DNA of 64,000 nt, from NCBI GenBank assembly GCA_951406725.2, contig OX597823.1, positions 92,380,001 through 92,444,000 on the forward strand. Direction: 5' to 3'. This document shows, in pieces, positions 28,682 to 42,450 of the stretch. The position numbers were made by a program, and so were the translations under genes. The stretch comes from Octopus vulgaris (lineage: Eukaryota). Numbering within the stretch: the stretch's first letter is position 1; every line of letters starts with the position of its first letter. The notes beneath the pieces are model-generated. The model saw only the letters and a list, made by a program, of their open reading frames with translations, was not told where the DNA came from and did not search any database.

Positions 28682-29890
28682 ACTAAATAATAAACATCTC
28701 GGTTTCTGGTTTGTTTCTCTGTTCTATGATTCGCTGAATATTGTTCACACATTCTTTTCCCCTTCTCAGCTTGTTGCGTGAATTATTAAACTGTCTAAAA
28801 ATCAAAGCAAGTTGAAAAATAATCACTTTTTCATCGATGTAGAAAAACAGAATGAATTCAGGAAGTCATAAATCACTTTTTAAAAAAATTTATTTATTTA
28901 TTATTTATTATTCCCATAACGGTTTATAAAATTTCGCTTGATGGAAGTGAAGCGATATAGCAAACAGAAATTTGAAGAAAGCTAAAATATATAAAAAGAG
29001 TGAAAAAATATAACAAGAGAATCGATTGTGATTACATAAATTGTCAATAGTTTGACTTATTCAATCATTATTTTCAATTGTTATCTTTTTAACAAGTACG
29101 TTATGAGCCATATACGTTTATGTCTCACTCGAAACGAAAAAGCATAATAAAAATTTAAAAAAAGAGATGGCGTCGTATGCCTACAGACATTAGAGAATTA
29201 TGCCATATCTTAATATTAAAATTATAAATACAATAAAATTAATAAAATTAATAAAATTTTTTTAAATAAATGAATCACTGTATGAAAGTTTATTTTCACC
29301 ATTGACCCAAAATATTAATTTAAAAATCAGAGATATCGATAAAGCACTTTTATATTATCCTACACAATTGGAAATCTATTGTGTATGTCGCGGTTGGACA
29401 AGAAAATAGAGATGGAGACATTTACTGCTTGCTATGCACGATTGTTACTAACTTTTCACTTCCTGTTTTTCTGCTTCCCTGTTTCGCATCTCCCTCAACA
29501 TTATCATCGTTGTCATCGTCGTCGTTATTATCATGATAATGACGATGAGGAACAGAACGTCATCGTCGTCATCATTGTTTTCAACGTCAATACCTTCACC
29601 ACGAAGACCATCATCAACGCCGCCATGATCGTAATTCATTGAAAGCGGTTTAAATGTTGAAGCCATCAAAATTTTGATAAATTACGTACAGAAATTACGT
29701 GAGATTATCCAATTGAAAAGCTGTCAGTTGGAGATGTGTATAGCTGTCAGTCATTTAGCCATCACAAAAGAAATAAAGTTATGTAACAATTAGTAGAATG
29801 TATATTATACTTAAAACTGCTTCAGTTGAAGCATTTCAAAATATGAAGGAAATGATGGAAATATATCAGTATATAAACGTTTAGAGCAAG

Positions 29891-30114
29891 GCGCCGAGTT
29901 GGCAAAAACGTTAGCACGCCGAGCGAAGTGCTTAGCAGTGTTTCATCTGTCTTTACGTTCTGAGTTCAAATTCCGCCGAGGTTGACTTCGCTTTTCATCC
30001 TTTGAAGGTCCATAAATTGAGTACCAGTTGCATACTGGGGTCGATATAATCGACTGGCCCCCTCCTTCCTCCAAACTTTCCGGCCTTGCGTCTAGTGTAG
30101 AAAAGAATATAGAA
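29891..30114 (+). mobile_element. SINE family C (tail C1) with target-site duplication
   Basis: ggcgccgagttggca..gagttcaaattcc (B box)..cttttcatcctt..gtaccag. Flanked by gtttagagcaag at 29879-29890 and 30115-30126. Confidence 0.9.
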
Positions 30115-30188
30115 GTTTAGAGCAAGACAAGTCCCAAGGCTTCCTTATCAGACGGGTAGTCACGATGGGCATATTGGGCTTTTATATA

Positions 30189-30420
30189 GGCGAGCTGGCA
30201 GAAACGTTAGCACGCCGGGCGAAATGCTTAGCAGTATTTCGTCTGCCGTTAAGTTGTGAGTTCAAATTCCGCCGAGGTCGACTTTGCCTTTCATCCTTTC
30301 GGCGTCGATAAATTAAGTACCAGTTACGCACTGATATCGATGTAATCGACTTAATACCTATGTCTGTCCTTGTTTGTCCCCTCCGTGTTTAGCCCCTTGT
30401 GGGTAATAAAGAAATGGGTA
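30189..30420 (+). mobile_element. SINE family C (tail C2), well preserved
   Basis: gagctggcagaaacgttagc...gactttgcctttcatcctttcggcgtcgataaattaagtaccag. The central domain resembles conserved SINE core domains (Meta-type, from recall). Confidence 0.9.
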
Positions 30421-31047
30421 TTTTGGACTTTGTATATTTGTACTCTAGTGTCACATTTTTGGAGTGAGCTACTCTCTCTCTCTCTCTCTTTATATAATAC
30501 TGCTACTAATAACAACAATGATGGTAATGATGACGATCATGATGATAATGGTGAGGGTGATTGTGATTATGATGATAAAACACAAGCACAGGCAAACACA
30601 TATGTATGTACATACACTTACACACACATACACACACCTATATATACACTTACACACATACATACATATACATATACATTTACGCACACATAAACACACA
30701 TATAATATACATACACATACATATTCATATGCACACCTTTATACATATATGTAAAGAGACAGATACACAGACATAGGCGCACACATTCACACACATACGT
30801 AGGCACGGACAGACACAGAAAGATCTATGTATATACATATACTTGCATACACACACATACACACACATACGCTCACGCACACACACATGCACAGAAACAC
30901 ACACAGAATGATTATAACAAATTACTGCTAGAAATGGTTTCCTTACAGGAAAGCATTGCCGCCATTAATCTTGTTTCAGATTTAAATTATGACTGGGAAC
31001 AGGAAATATTGGAGCGTGGACTCTTTCGACTTTGCTCTTCTAGGATT

Positions 31048-31440
31048 TAACCACTCCTGAACGAGGACTCTTCCATTGGGCCCCTTGAACTGCTGTCTGT
31101 TTCTGGCCTGACGTGGCCATGTATGCCCCAGGCCGCGGGTAAGATCATCTCGCCAGACTATGTTTAACCGACATCTTGGTCTTGTCCCTTGTCTTTTGGT
31201 TTATCCGTCACCCTGATTGTTTGTCTCGTACGATGTGGCCAACCCCTTTATATATGTCCTCTTCTTATAGTGTCATTGACTTCCGTAAGCTGTTGAATCC
31301 AGTCATTGGTTTTTCTTTTGCCCTGCAATGTGATGCCGAGTAGGATTCATTGTACTTTCCCTTAGACTACAATGACACAGTGTTGAGAGCCTATGTTTCA
31401 CTGTCGTACATCATCCTAGTCAGGATGTGCTTCTTGATGA
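31048..31440 (-). pseudogene. RTE-like LINE ORF 3' remnant
   Basis: Frameshifted minus translation MYDSET..LLGITLQ..NDWIQQLTEVND..GH..WRDDLTRGLGHTWPRQARNR matches the RTE C-terminal pattern. Confidence 0.7.
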
Positions 31441-32996
31441 TCTTTTTTTTTCGAAATTTCCTGGAAGCCTTGGGACTTCTCTTGGGTTTGCCACCTTCCG
31501 AAAGGTTGCCCAACGTTATAACAAAGTAACGTCTACATTTACTTGGGAATGATGGTGGGGAAAGCCGGAAATCTCTCGAAGATCAGGAGACGAATAGCAA
31601 TTGGAGTTTTTGTCAGTATCAAATTCTTTCAGACTCGAATTGAAAGGGAAATAGAAGAACAAAATTATTGAGACTCATAACATTAGCAGCAGATATAGAA
31701 ACTAGCATTTTATTATAACATCTCCATTATAAACCAGCAACGATACCCATACATTGTCACTGGGTTTGCTAGAAATAGATGTCAAATCTGCACAGATTAC
31801 ACTCATTAGTAATGAAATGTGAAATATATATTTCCTCATATATTCGAATATAGGAAATGGCAGATAAACATGTCAGATAACTATGACTGTAACACTTTCG
31901 ATTAGAAATCCGTTTGATCAGGGCTAATTTGTAGTTAATTAACGACAACATTTATGGTAGCATTTAGTCCCTTTTGAATTATGAGATCTTATAGAGTTGA
32001 AATTTATGACTCACATATTTCTGTAGATTGGGTAATCGTAAATATATTCATGCAAATATAATCATGTTGAGTGGCATCGCCACATTCGCTGGATTCATTC
32101 TGGGTTGCGAGATGCAAAACTAAAATTAAAATGTTTGTTGATAATAATTATAAAACGGTGTAATTATATATAACAATTAATTTTAAAATATAAGATTAAC
32201 GCTGATATGTGTTCATAATTAGAAATCTAATTTGTTATTTAATTAAAAGCCAAAATTTTTTATTAGATAGAAATTATGCCTAAATATTGGATTAAAACTA
32301 ATACAATTTAGCATTTCTTTACTTTGTTATTTTCGTGATCCCGCAAGGTAGAAGTGATGGTTAATAGAAGAGACCACCACATCTCAGCTTCAATATTATT
32401 CAAATTCTCTATCAAACTATAAGCAGTTCATCAGTTTTCAGTGTGGTCATAACATTTATCCTAACTATACAAAATAGATTTGCGTTTCTTCTTGGCAGGT
32501 TTTAATAAAAAGTCCTGTTATGATGTTCAGAGATGATTTTAACTGAATATTATGTTCGTATAAATTGGCCATCCTGCTTGGTTAAGAGGCAGATGTTTCA
32601 TTGTTCAATGAAAAACAGAATATGAAACGATTTATAATAAAATTCGTTATGATTCATTGCTTTACTTTATCAGTAGCGGCTAATTTTATCTTAGCATGCA
32701 GTGCCATTACATAATTTCCATTGACGAAGCTCACCAGCAGAAATACATATTTACCACTGCCACTGCCGCTACTTATATATTTCTGGGTTTATTTCTAAAA
32801 CTATACATCCATAAGAGATGCTTTCTCGAGACGAATATCGCAGTTTAGCAAATTTTCACGATATATTGTCTTCCGCTATGATATTTAGATTACTATTTTG
32901 AAGCAACCACAAATTTTTATTCAGCCTGCTCGCTAATTGCGATATCACTGGTTTGTTAATCAGTACTCATCATATCAGTAATTGCTAATCTCTCTC

Positions 32997-33057
<61 letters not shown>

Positions 33058-33058
33058 A

Positions 33059-33218
33059 GGCGCAGAAGTGGCTCCGTGGTAAGTAGCTTGCTTACCAACC
33101 ACATGGTCCTGGGGTCAGTTCCACTGCGTGGTACCTTGGGTAAGTGTCTTTTACTATAGCCTCGGGTCGATCAAAGACTTGTGAGTGGATTTGGTAGACG
33201 GAAACTGGAAGAAGTCCG

Positions 33219-33313
<95 letters not shown>

Positions 33314-33330
33314 CATACATATATATATAT

Positions 33331-33367
<37 letters not shown>

Positions 33368-33650
33368 CATACATATATATATATATATACACATGCATAC
33401 ATATGTATATATATATGCATGTATATATATGCATGTGTGTGTATATGTTTGTGTATCTATGCTTGTCCCTCCAACATCGCTTGACACCCGATGCTGACGT
33501 GCTTACGTCCCCGTAACTTAGCGGTTCTGCAAATGTGACCGATAGAATAAGTACTAAGCTTACAAACAATAAGCTCTGGAGTCGATCTGCTCGACTAAAG
33601 GCGGTGCTCCATCATGGCCGCAGTCAAATGACTGAAAAAAGTAACAGAAA
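33059..33650 (+). mobile_element. SINE family A with a greatly expanded internal (TA)n tract
   Basis: Head at 33059, internal tract about 33221-33450, tail catggccgcagtcaaatgactgaaa. Confidence 0.92.
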
Positions 33651-34794
33651 AAATTAGTACATATATACACATATATGTGTGCGCACTTGTGTGTGTACAT
33701 TTGTATGCATGTGTGTATTGAGGCAGGTTAGACTTCATAACAAGTTATGTACATTGTAGCTGGCTCACACAATACCATTTCCAAATATGATAAGAGTTAT
33801 ATAAGCTATTCTCACAGTCTGTTCACACAGAGATTCTACGCTTTTTACTTTCAACAAAGACTTGTATAATTGTATTATCCGCGATATGATTATCATCTGG
33901 AACGTAATAATAACGGAATGACTGTTTTGTTTTAAATACTTAATGCTTAGACATAATACGCTTATGTCTACTAATATTAGCTATAAATCTAGACGACATG
34001 TTTGATAAATACTGCTACCATTCTCATCTTTTTCACATAAATGCTTTATTCTACAGATTTTTTGTCTCATTAGAACCGACCCCCACCCTCCACCGCCACT
34101 ACAACAGAGAATCATTTTATGTTGGACTCTCAAATTTAGGCTGATGCATTTAAATTAGGATGCTGGTTATAATTTGTTTTAGAAAACATGTTAGTATAAT
34201 TGTAATTTTTCCGTATTCCTTTCTGTATTGAAAATGGCTCCGCTCATCACATCAAGCGATACATGGATATAATGACTCGATGACACGTTCTTGCAGCTGC
34301 TGAGCTGAAGATCAAATATATACGTATTAAGTTTACCTAGTCTTCGCTGCACTTGATGAATTCTGTATAAGTCGGTAATCCATAATACGTACTCACCCTT
34401 AATTATCACGCTTCTAATCACCAAGATGAATATTGTATGGCTGCCATTAAACAACACCGCTTTTACTGAGAACAATTCGCGTTGTGGCCCTTGTTTTCTG
34501 TCAGCGCGTTTCTAATATAAGTTTCTACTTTAATACATCAATTATTTGATAATCATCTTCGTTTACTTCTGAAGATTTCGGTATGAGAACCCATTAAACA
34601 AGCAAGTTCTGCATTTCTTTGATGTAACTTTTTGCTTAATTCAATTATTGATATTCCTTTAAAGACCTGTATTTCCTCTTTTTTTCTATCTGTTAGCACG
34701 TTCCAGTATTGCAATATAATACATAGCACACGCTAATTCTTACACGTGAGGTGAAGTCGGTAATATAAATATTTTAATTTAAACTGGTCTAAAG

Positions 34795-35060
34795 TCGGCA
34801 AGCTGGAAAATGCTTGGCGGCTTCTTCTGAGTTCTGAGTTCAAATTCTGCCGAAGTCCACTTTGCTTTTCATCCTTCCGAGATCCATAACATAAGTACCA
34901 GCTGTACACTTACCCTACCCTCAAATTGCAAGGCCTTGTGCCAACATTCGAAACCAATCTTAACTGGCATAAAATATATACCAGTTGAGCACTGTGGTCG
35001 ATCTAATCGATGTAGGCCCTCTCACAAAATTGTTGGCCTTGTGCCAAAAATTGAAATCGA
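34795..35060 (+). mobile_element. SINE family C, degenerate, with a duplicated 3' portion
   Basis: ctgagttcaaattctgccgaag...aagtaccag. ggccttgtgccaa occurs twice. Confidence 0.7.
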
Positions 35061-36317
35061 TTTCCACTCTAGTCCCCTTATTCTTTTATACAGTCAAGTA
35101 ATAATTTTCACTTAAAAATAGATATTCTACTTCCATTATAACTTTATCCATTCCCGATGAATATACCTTACATTTCTTCAAATTGTTACCATCTTTCCAG
35201 TATTTATTACATATTGTAAATATTCTACATGTATAATGTACACCTACTGCAGTTTTATTCAGTTGACTTGCTTGTTAACCTACTCCCAACACTCCAGTGG
35301 CTTTCAACTTATTCTCTTGATGAAATAACTGTTACAGAAATTGCACTGTTTACGCTGGAGTTAAATTTACAGTTTTGAGCCAGTAGTCTGGTACACTATT
35401 TGCCTTTTCTATACGACGATTTCGATTTTACACTCTAAGCTGTAGTCGACTGTACTCATTTAAGCTTTTGTAGTTTCCATTTTCACATTTCAAATTGCGT
35501 GTTTCTCGCTTTGGTAATTTCAGTTTTATTCGTTTGTGATGATTAGTGATTGTATTATTTATGTTGTACTTCCAGACTTGAAGAATATTTGAAGTGTTTC
35601 TTTCTATTTGATAAGGTTTATATTTTTCAAGTCACGGCCCACTTGCAATGATATATTCAAATGTGTGCTGCTACGCATATCAAGATATTTAAGCTTTTAT
35701 ACCGTTCTCTTATACAATTTGACTCTCGCTAACTTTTACGTAATTTCCTGTTATTTTGTTGACTATGGCCAGTTCTAGTTGGAAAACCATTCTTCATATA
35801 TTTGTATTAAATGGCCTGCCTTTTCAAGTATATATTTCGTACCTGTTCCAGCGTAGCATTTTGAAACACTAGAAGGGTGCTAAATAGAATTTGATATTCA
35901 TTTGTTCTTTCAACCATGATATGAACTGCCTATGAATCACCGTTGAACATAAAACAACACACTTGTAACGGCCTACCATTGGATTTAGTGATAATGCTGG
36001 TTATAACCTTCATGGTTGGTATTTATATTACGGGTATTATTGTATTCAGAAACAAGTTATTATTCTCTTGTATATGCCCATTAGGACGTGTGTTCTTTAA
36101 GGAAACTGTTTTAGTCGATGTTAAATGGGAAGATTCAGTGATGTGAAATGATATTATATTTTACAATACATTTTACTTGAATGTTAAGATAGTCTGGGCT
36201 TAAGCAGACTTGAGAGCATTGTTCGTAAGGCCTATACGTTTATATGTGTATGTGCTCACATATATGTGTGTGTATGTGCTTGTGACCGTATTTATTCAAA
36301 TATATGTATATGTATAA

Positions 36318-36357
<40 letters not shown>

Positions 36358-37656
36358 ATGTATGTATGTATGTATGTATGTATATGTTTGTTTTCTTCAA
36401 TCATGAATGAGATACAAGAAAATGTAGGATTGTATCTCAAGAAGTTTTGTTATTAGATCTAACTCTAGAATCACATAAAATGCCCTAAAGTTTATTGTTG
36501 ATGTAGAATTAATGAAGTGTTGGGGTATTAAACCAACGGATTTGTTAAATGTGTTACTAATATCTTCTGCAAGGGAGAGTTGTTTTGTGCTTCTTAGTTC
36601 TTCACTCAAGCAATTGAATGGTGTTGGCTTAACAGCGGGTTAAAATTAAAGCCACCACCATGGATAATCATTATATTCTTCTTTTATAGACTTCATTTAA
36701 CAAGATTGCTTAGTTATACAAATTTCTGGAGGGATTTAAACGATTTAGTCGAAGCGATACGTCAGTAGCTGTTACAGCATTGGATATAAAGGGATGCCAA
36801 GTGAAGAACAGCTGCAAGGCAGAGAAGGCATGAATGGAACATCTTTGATCATTGTTCTTACCATTCAGGGAGGATCTTATGCTAAACAACAACAAGAACA
36901 ACGACAACAACAAGGACAACAACGACGACAATATACTACATAGGACACAGATAGTTAATTTTCTAATAAACACAGGTGGCAACGTTTATAATGAAGGAAA
37001 AAGTAATCGAAACATTTGTTGCCGATGTTTTTTAGTTCACTTTGTATAGCTGACTTAACAGTATATTTCACTTCAAATATTGTGAGTTTCATAAAGCTGG
37101 GTAATTCCAGAGAATCTAAAATAACCCATGAACTCAAGCAAAAGAGCAGCATTAAGGCAGACCACATTTTTTAGAGAGCCTGTATCACCACCCTCGAGAT
37201 ACTAAGAAGATCAGGTCTCCCATGTACATCAGTTGGCGGCCAGCAGAAGGAGGAAGTGTCTTGTACACGAGATCAGAACGGATTTCGCCTTATTTTTACT
37301 CCAGTGTCTCCATTGGTCTCCACTGGTCTCTCTTGGCATCCCAAGAAAAAAATGGAATTAGAAGGAGAAAATGGCTGGCCGAAGTGAAGGAAAATTTTGA
37401 GTGATATCAAGAGACCCTACGAGGCTTGGAAACTGTTTCTTGATGGAAATGCATAGAGCTGATAGAACGATATTCTTTTAAAAGGAAGACGTAACTATCG
37501 CAAATAGTATAAGTGCAGAGTGACTCTGTAAGCTTCCGGTAATATAACTTAAGCATTGAGGATCTGGGTATAACCGGAACGCTGGAGCATTTTACGCGGA
37601 GAGGCAACCCGAAACGGTTGTTAAAATTGTAATAAGTAATTACTTACGCATGATCA

Positions 37657-38056
37657 AGCGTAGAAGTGGCTGTGTGGTAAGTAGCTTGCTTACCAACCAC
37701 ATGGTTCCGGGTTCAGTTCCACTGCGTGGCACCTTGGGCAAGTGTCTTCTACTATAGTCTCGGGCCGACCAAAGCCTGGTGAGTGGATTTGGTAGACGGA
37801 AACTGAAAGAAGCCCGTCGTATATATGTATATGTATGTGTGTGTGTGTATTTGTGTGTCTGTGTTTGTCCCTCCAACATCACTTGACAACCGATGCTGGC
37901 GTGTTTACGTCCTCCGTAACTTAACGGTTCGACAAAAGAGACCGATAGAATAAGTACTAGGCTTACAAAGAATAAGTCCTGGGGTCGATTTGCTCGACTA
38001 AAAAGGCGGTGCTCCAGCATGGCCGCAGACAAATGACTGAAACAAGTAAAAAAGTA
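37657..38056 (+). mobile_element. SINE family A, full length, close to consensus
   Basis: gtggctgtgtggtaagtagcttgc...gggttcagttcc...ccttgggcaagtg...aataagtcctggggtcgatttgctcgac. Confidence 0.93.
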
Positions 38057-38572
38057 AGCAACGCAGACACTGTCCATCAATGTGGCACAATTCTCAGTCA
38101 TATAAACCTAGAACCCCACACTTTACTGTAGAGACTGTCTTCCGAATATAATGTGAAAGACACATTGAAATATGTAATCGCACATACATCTAAAAATTGG
38201 GATGTTTGTCGAATTAATGCCGTTGTCCATAATTCTGTTTAATCGTGGTTGAATACACCAAGCCACAACAAGCTATTCTTAATGTAAGGATTTGTCCATG
38301 CTCGAATGTATTTGAACATAATTCCGATTAATTGAAGCTGATCTCAGAGTATTCGTTCGTTTTGTTGTTCTTGCAACTCCATCCTCATATGTCTGAAGAG
38401 AAATAATTTCATTCAAGTTTCAAAGACGATAAACAAGAGTTTAAGAAAAAGAATAAAGCTACAAAAAATTTCTAAAAGATTATGAGAAAAGTATTTTTTT
38501 TCGTATTAATTCGAATAACATTAGAAAAGATTGCAATAAAATGTAAAGAAAAGAATGAATTTATCTGACAAC

Positions 38573-38878
38573 TAGCACTCCGTCGGTTGCGACGAGCGTT
38601 CCAGTTGATCCGATGAACGGAACAACCTGCTTGTGAAATTAACGTTCAAGTGGCTGAGCATTCCACAGACACGCGTACCCTTAGTGCCGTTCTTATGGAG
38701 TAGAGTCAGTGTGGCACAGAATGTGGCAAGGTTGGCACTTTTTGATTACTGGTACCACTCATATTTACCAGGTGAAAACACTGGAGCAATATGAAATAAA
38801 GTGCTCTGCCAGGTATCGAACACACGAACTCTACGATCGTGAGCTAAATACCCTAACCGCCTACCCACGCTCTTTCAC
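38573..38878 (-). mobile_element. SINE with CORE-type head plus tail X
   Basis: Reverse of the architecture at 51654-51973. Confidence 0.8.
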
Positions 38879-38903
38879 GACATTCCACTAATAGATAACA
38901 AGA

Positions 38904-39274
38904 GTGGAGGCGGAATGGCCCAGTGGTTAGGGCAGTGGAATCGTGGTCGTAAGATCGCGGTTTCGATTCCCAGACCAGACGTGTGAGTGTTTATTGAGCG
39001 AAAACACCTAAAACTCCAAAAGGCTCCGGCAGAGGGTGGTGGCGAACCCTGCTGTACTCTTTCACCACAACTTTCTCTCACTCTTTCTTCCTGTTTCTGT
39101 TGTACCTGTATTTCAAAGGGCCAGCCTTGTTACACACTATGTCATTCTGAATTTACCCGACAACTAAGTTAAAGGTACACGTGTCTGTGGAGTGCTCAGC
39201 CACTTGCATGTTAATTTCACGAGCAGGCTGTTCCATTGATCGGATCAACTGGAAACCTCGTCGTCGTAACCGAC
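38904..39274 (+). mobile_element. SINE head B plus tail X with a 10-bp TSD
   Basis: tggcccagtggttagg (A box), ggtttcgattcc (B box). gataacaaga at 38894-38903 and 39275-39284. Confidence 0.93.
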
Positions 39275-40014
39275 GATAACAAGAAAATAATAAAAAAAAC
39301 TGTAGCTTACAGTAAGGATGGCGATATTGCTACGAGCTCTCCTTTAGAATCCAGTTACTGTAAGTTTGATCTCCCTACATGGCACCCACGATGGGTGTCA
39401 ACCACCAGAAACTCGTTTTCACTCGGGCTTGGTGGTTTGTCTTGTTTCTTTTTTTGCTTTTTCGTTTTCACTATAACTTTGAAAAACTTGCATCACTGAT
39501 CTGTTAGAGACTCGTAACCTACGACGTTTTTGTTGAGAAAATAACAATAGAAACTATACGAAATCACTACCTCTGGCAAGATCAAAGACTTCGGATTCGG
39601 TGCCACAAGACGAACAACAAAATCACTAACAACATCAATTTCTTTAACGAGCAGTTAGACGTGAAATAATCAATTATGAAAATGTAGAAACACAATAATA
39701 TTTTTGCTTCTCTTTAGATTTGTCAGTCTAAGTCTATGTTTATCTTTGTCTCACTCTCCCACTACCACATCGGGTCTCTGTCTCTCTCTGCTTCTTACTT
39801 TCCTTCTTTTTTTCTTTCTTCTTTCTTTCTTCTCTCTCCCCCCTCTCTCTTTCAATGTGTTACTCGCATTCACTCACTCTTTTTTGCAGACAAGTGTGTA
39901 CATTCATCAAACATACAAACATACATACGTACATATACATGGAGGAATACACACACAGATACATGCATATATACATATATAATATGTATGTGTGTGTGTG
40001 TAAATACATCTATC

Positions 40015-40095
<81 letters not shown>

Positions 40096-41229
40096 CTATC
40101 TCTACACACACACACATAGATATATATATTACACCCCACCAAGAAATAGTGCTTTATATGTATAAAACTTAAGCGATAGACAATAAAATATTGAATTTGT
40201 TTTGTCGGAATTTGTGTATGTATGTGTGTTTGTGTGTGTGTGTGTGAATGTGTGTGAGTGCGTGGCAGCTGCAGTACCTGTATATATATATTTGAAAAAG
40301 AGAATAAATTTACCGATTACTCTTCCGAGAACCGTGGACTCTTCTAATGTCCACTTTACCAAATGAACACATGTTCAAGAAATTGTCTTATACCTACACA
40401 TACACACACACACACAAACATAAAAGAAATACATTACATGCATACATATAAACATATATGTATAATACAGTATGTGTGTATGTGTGTGTGCAGGTGCCGA
40501 ATTACCACCAGAAGCGTGAAAGTATGAGAAAGATCTCTTCACAATTCTTAGGAAATTCCTGAACTTTGTGGAAGTGAAGTTATCACCATATTAGAGACAC
40601 TTTTGTTTTCTTGTTCTCATGAAACAATTAGTATTTCAAATTACATTTCGCATTGTCTTTGTTATTTCTTGTTATATAATTGTAGCTGGTCAGCCATAAC
40701 CCACTCCTAAAGCAAGCAAACCTAGGCGACATATGTAGTTGATTCAAACACTGATTTTTGCTAGATGTGATAGTTCATTTCAAAACGTCATCGTTCGATA
40801 AAGTGATGCAAACATGACCTTCCAATTGAAATTCCCATCTAATTACGCAGCGAGGAGTGCATCATCTCAACTATCATTAATTTTAAAGCTGTGGTTTTTC
40901 AGAAAAGGGCTCTATTTGGATACCAATTGCAGGACAATGAGTGGTTACGTAGAAGCTCTGACATCGCTATGACCAGATGTCATTTTTAGTCGAATCATTT
41001 CTGGTATTCATATAATTTATTTATTAATTTTTGTTTTGTAAAGGCCTATCATTATCGGATTACGAAGAAAGATTCCATTCCAAATGAACGTCATAGGAAG
41101 CAGAAAAATATCATTAGCGGGTTAACTAAAACGAAATCAAGGTCCAAGCATATACAGAGGTTTAAATCCCTCTTCCTCCCTTTCTCTCTCTTTGTGTCTT
41201 TCACTCAATCCATCTCTCTCTCACCCCCT

Positions 41230-41263
<34 letters not shown>

Positions 41264-41686
41264 CTATCTATATATCTGTCTATTTATCAGCCAATAAATG
41301 AGATAGTTCTTATATGCATGTTATAATTTGTCGTTCAAGATATTGGACCGCTTAGCACACGGATATAACTGCCAACACATGACACTCTCGGCACTCGAGT
41401 CAATCTATTGCTTCTGTTAAGTATATATAAAACACATACACACACATTGAAAGAGGTTAAAATAAGCCATTTGTAGCTGCCTTCATTAGAGATTCGAGCA
41501 CCACGTCCTCCAGTTTGAGTTCAAGCCGGAGTTTTATTGGTAAAAAAAACACATTGATCTCTTACTGCATAACTATCACGCAAGTCAGTTGACGAAAACT
41601 CCTTGTATAGTCTCTCACTCACTTCTCCTCTCTCTCTCACTCTCTCTCTCTCTCTCTCTCACACTCTCTCTCTCTCATATATAAAA

Positions 41687-42450
41687 TACGAGGCAAAGTA
41701 AAAAATTAATGCCATTTTGTTTAGGACAGGTATAATTACCAACACAGGAATATGTATCGTACATCAAAATGAAGCTGGTCCTCTGTGGATCACATCCCTA
41801 CTTCTCAACATAACCACCGCTTCTCTCAATAGCAAGTCCCACCTTCGAATGAGAGCTTGTATCCCTACCCCGTAAAATTCTGTTGACTGTTCTTTGAGCC
41901 ACTTCTTCACTACAGTTTTCACTTCTTCGTCAAGCCGAGTGATTTGACAATGTTGTAAGCCCTTTCATGGTTCACTTCAGGGGTTTCTACAAACTCATCA
42001 AGAGTTATGCGCATGTCTCCTCTGATCAGAGCATCTGCTTTTGCTTTATTGGCAGGATTCACAGAAGTGGACGGACGGCCAAAACGGGGTTTATCCGCTA
42101 CCCTCGCAGTTCATACCTTTTCATCTTTCAGATGATGGACCCACCTGCATACATTCCTATAATCTAAAGCATTGTCCTGAGAAACATTTTGTAATCGTCG
42201 GTCATTGTTCACAGGGGTTCCCCCCATCAGCAACAAGAAATTCAATCATTGCTCTTTGTCTTTGACGTAACTCTATGGGAGCAACCATTTTGAATTTTCC
42301 TTACCAGTCTAAAAACCTGAAAAGTAAGAATCAAAATATTTCAGAATGTAACTGATATAATCATTTATAATTGGGAAAATTTTCAGTTATTTATATCAAA
42401 AACATCACATGAAATAAAGAAAATTGCATTACTTTTGACTGAACCTCGTA
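41687..42450 (-). mobile_element. Internally deleted mariner element with both TIRs and TA ends
   Basis: Imperfect TIRs tacgaggcaaagtaaaaaattaatgccattt / aaattgcattacttttgactgaacctcgta. From ATG 42288: MVAPIELRQRQRAMIEFLVADG..DYRNVCRWV..DKPRFGRPSTS..RITLDE, joined near 41933 to DEEVKTVVKKWLKEQSTEFY..GIQALIRRWD. Confidence 0.88.

Noticed and set aside
34390-34480. Possible minus-strand exon ending at a G|GTGAGT donor
   Set aside because: No convincing acceptor, reading frame or partner exons.
37150-37450. Possible L1/Tx1-like ORF2 remnant (RPAEGG motif)
   Set aside because: Only a few residues resemble the motif. Too decayed to call without a search.
37640-38101. 153-aa ORF and similar ORFs at 19671, 45555 and 57410
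   Set aside because: They lie entirely within SINE copies and are chance open frames shared by the repeat family.
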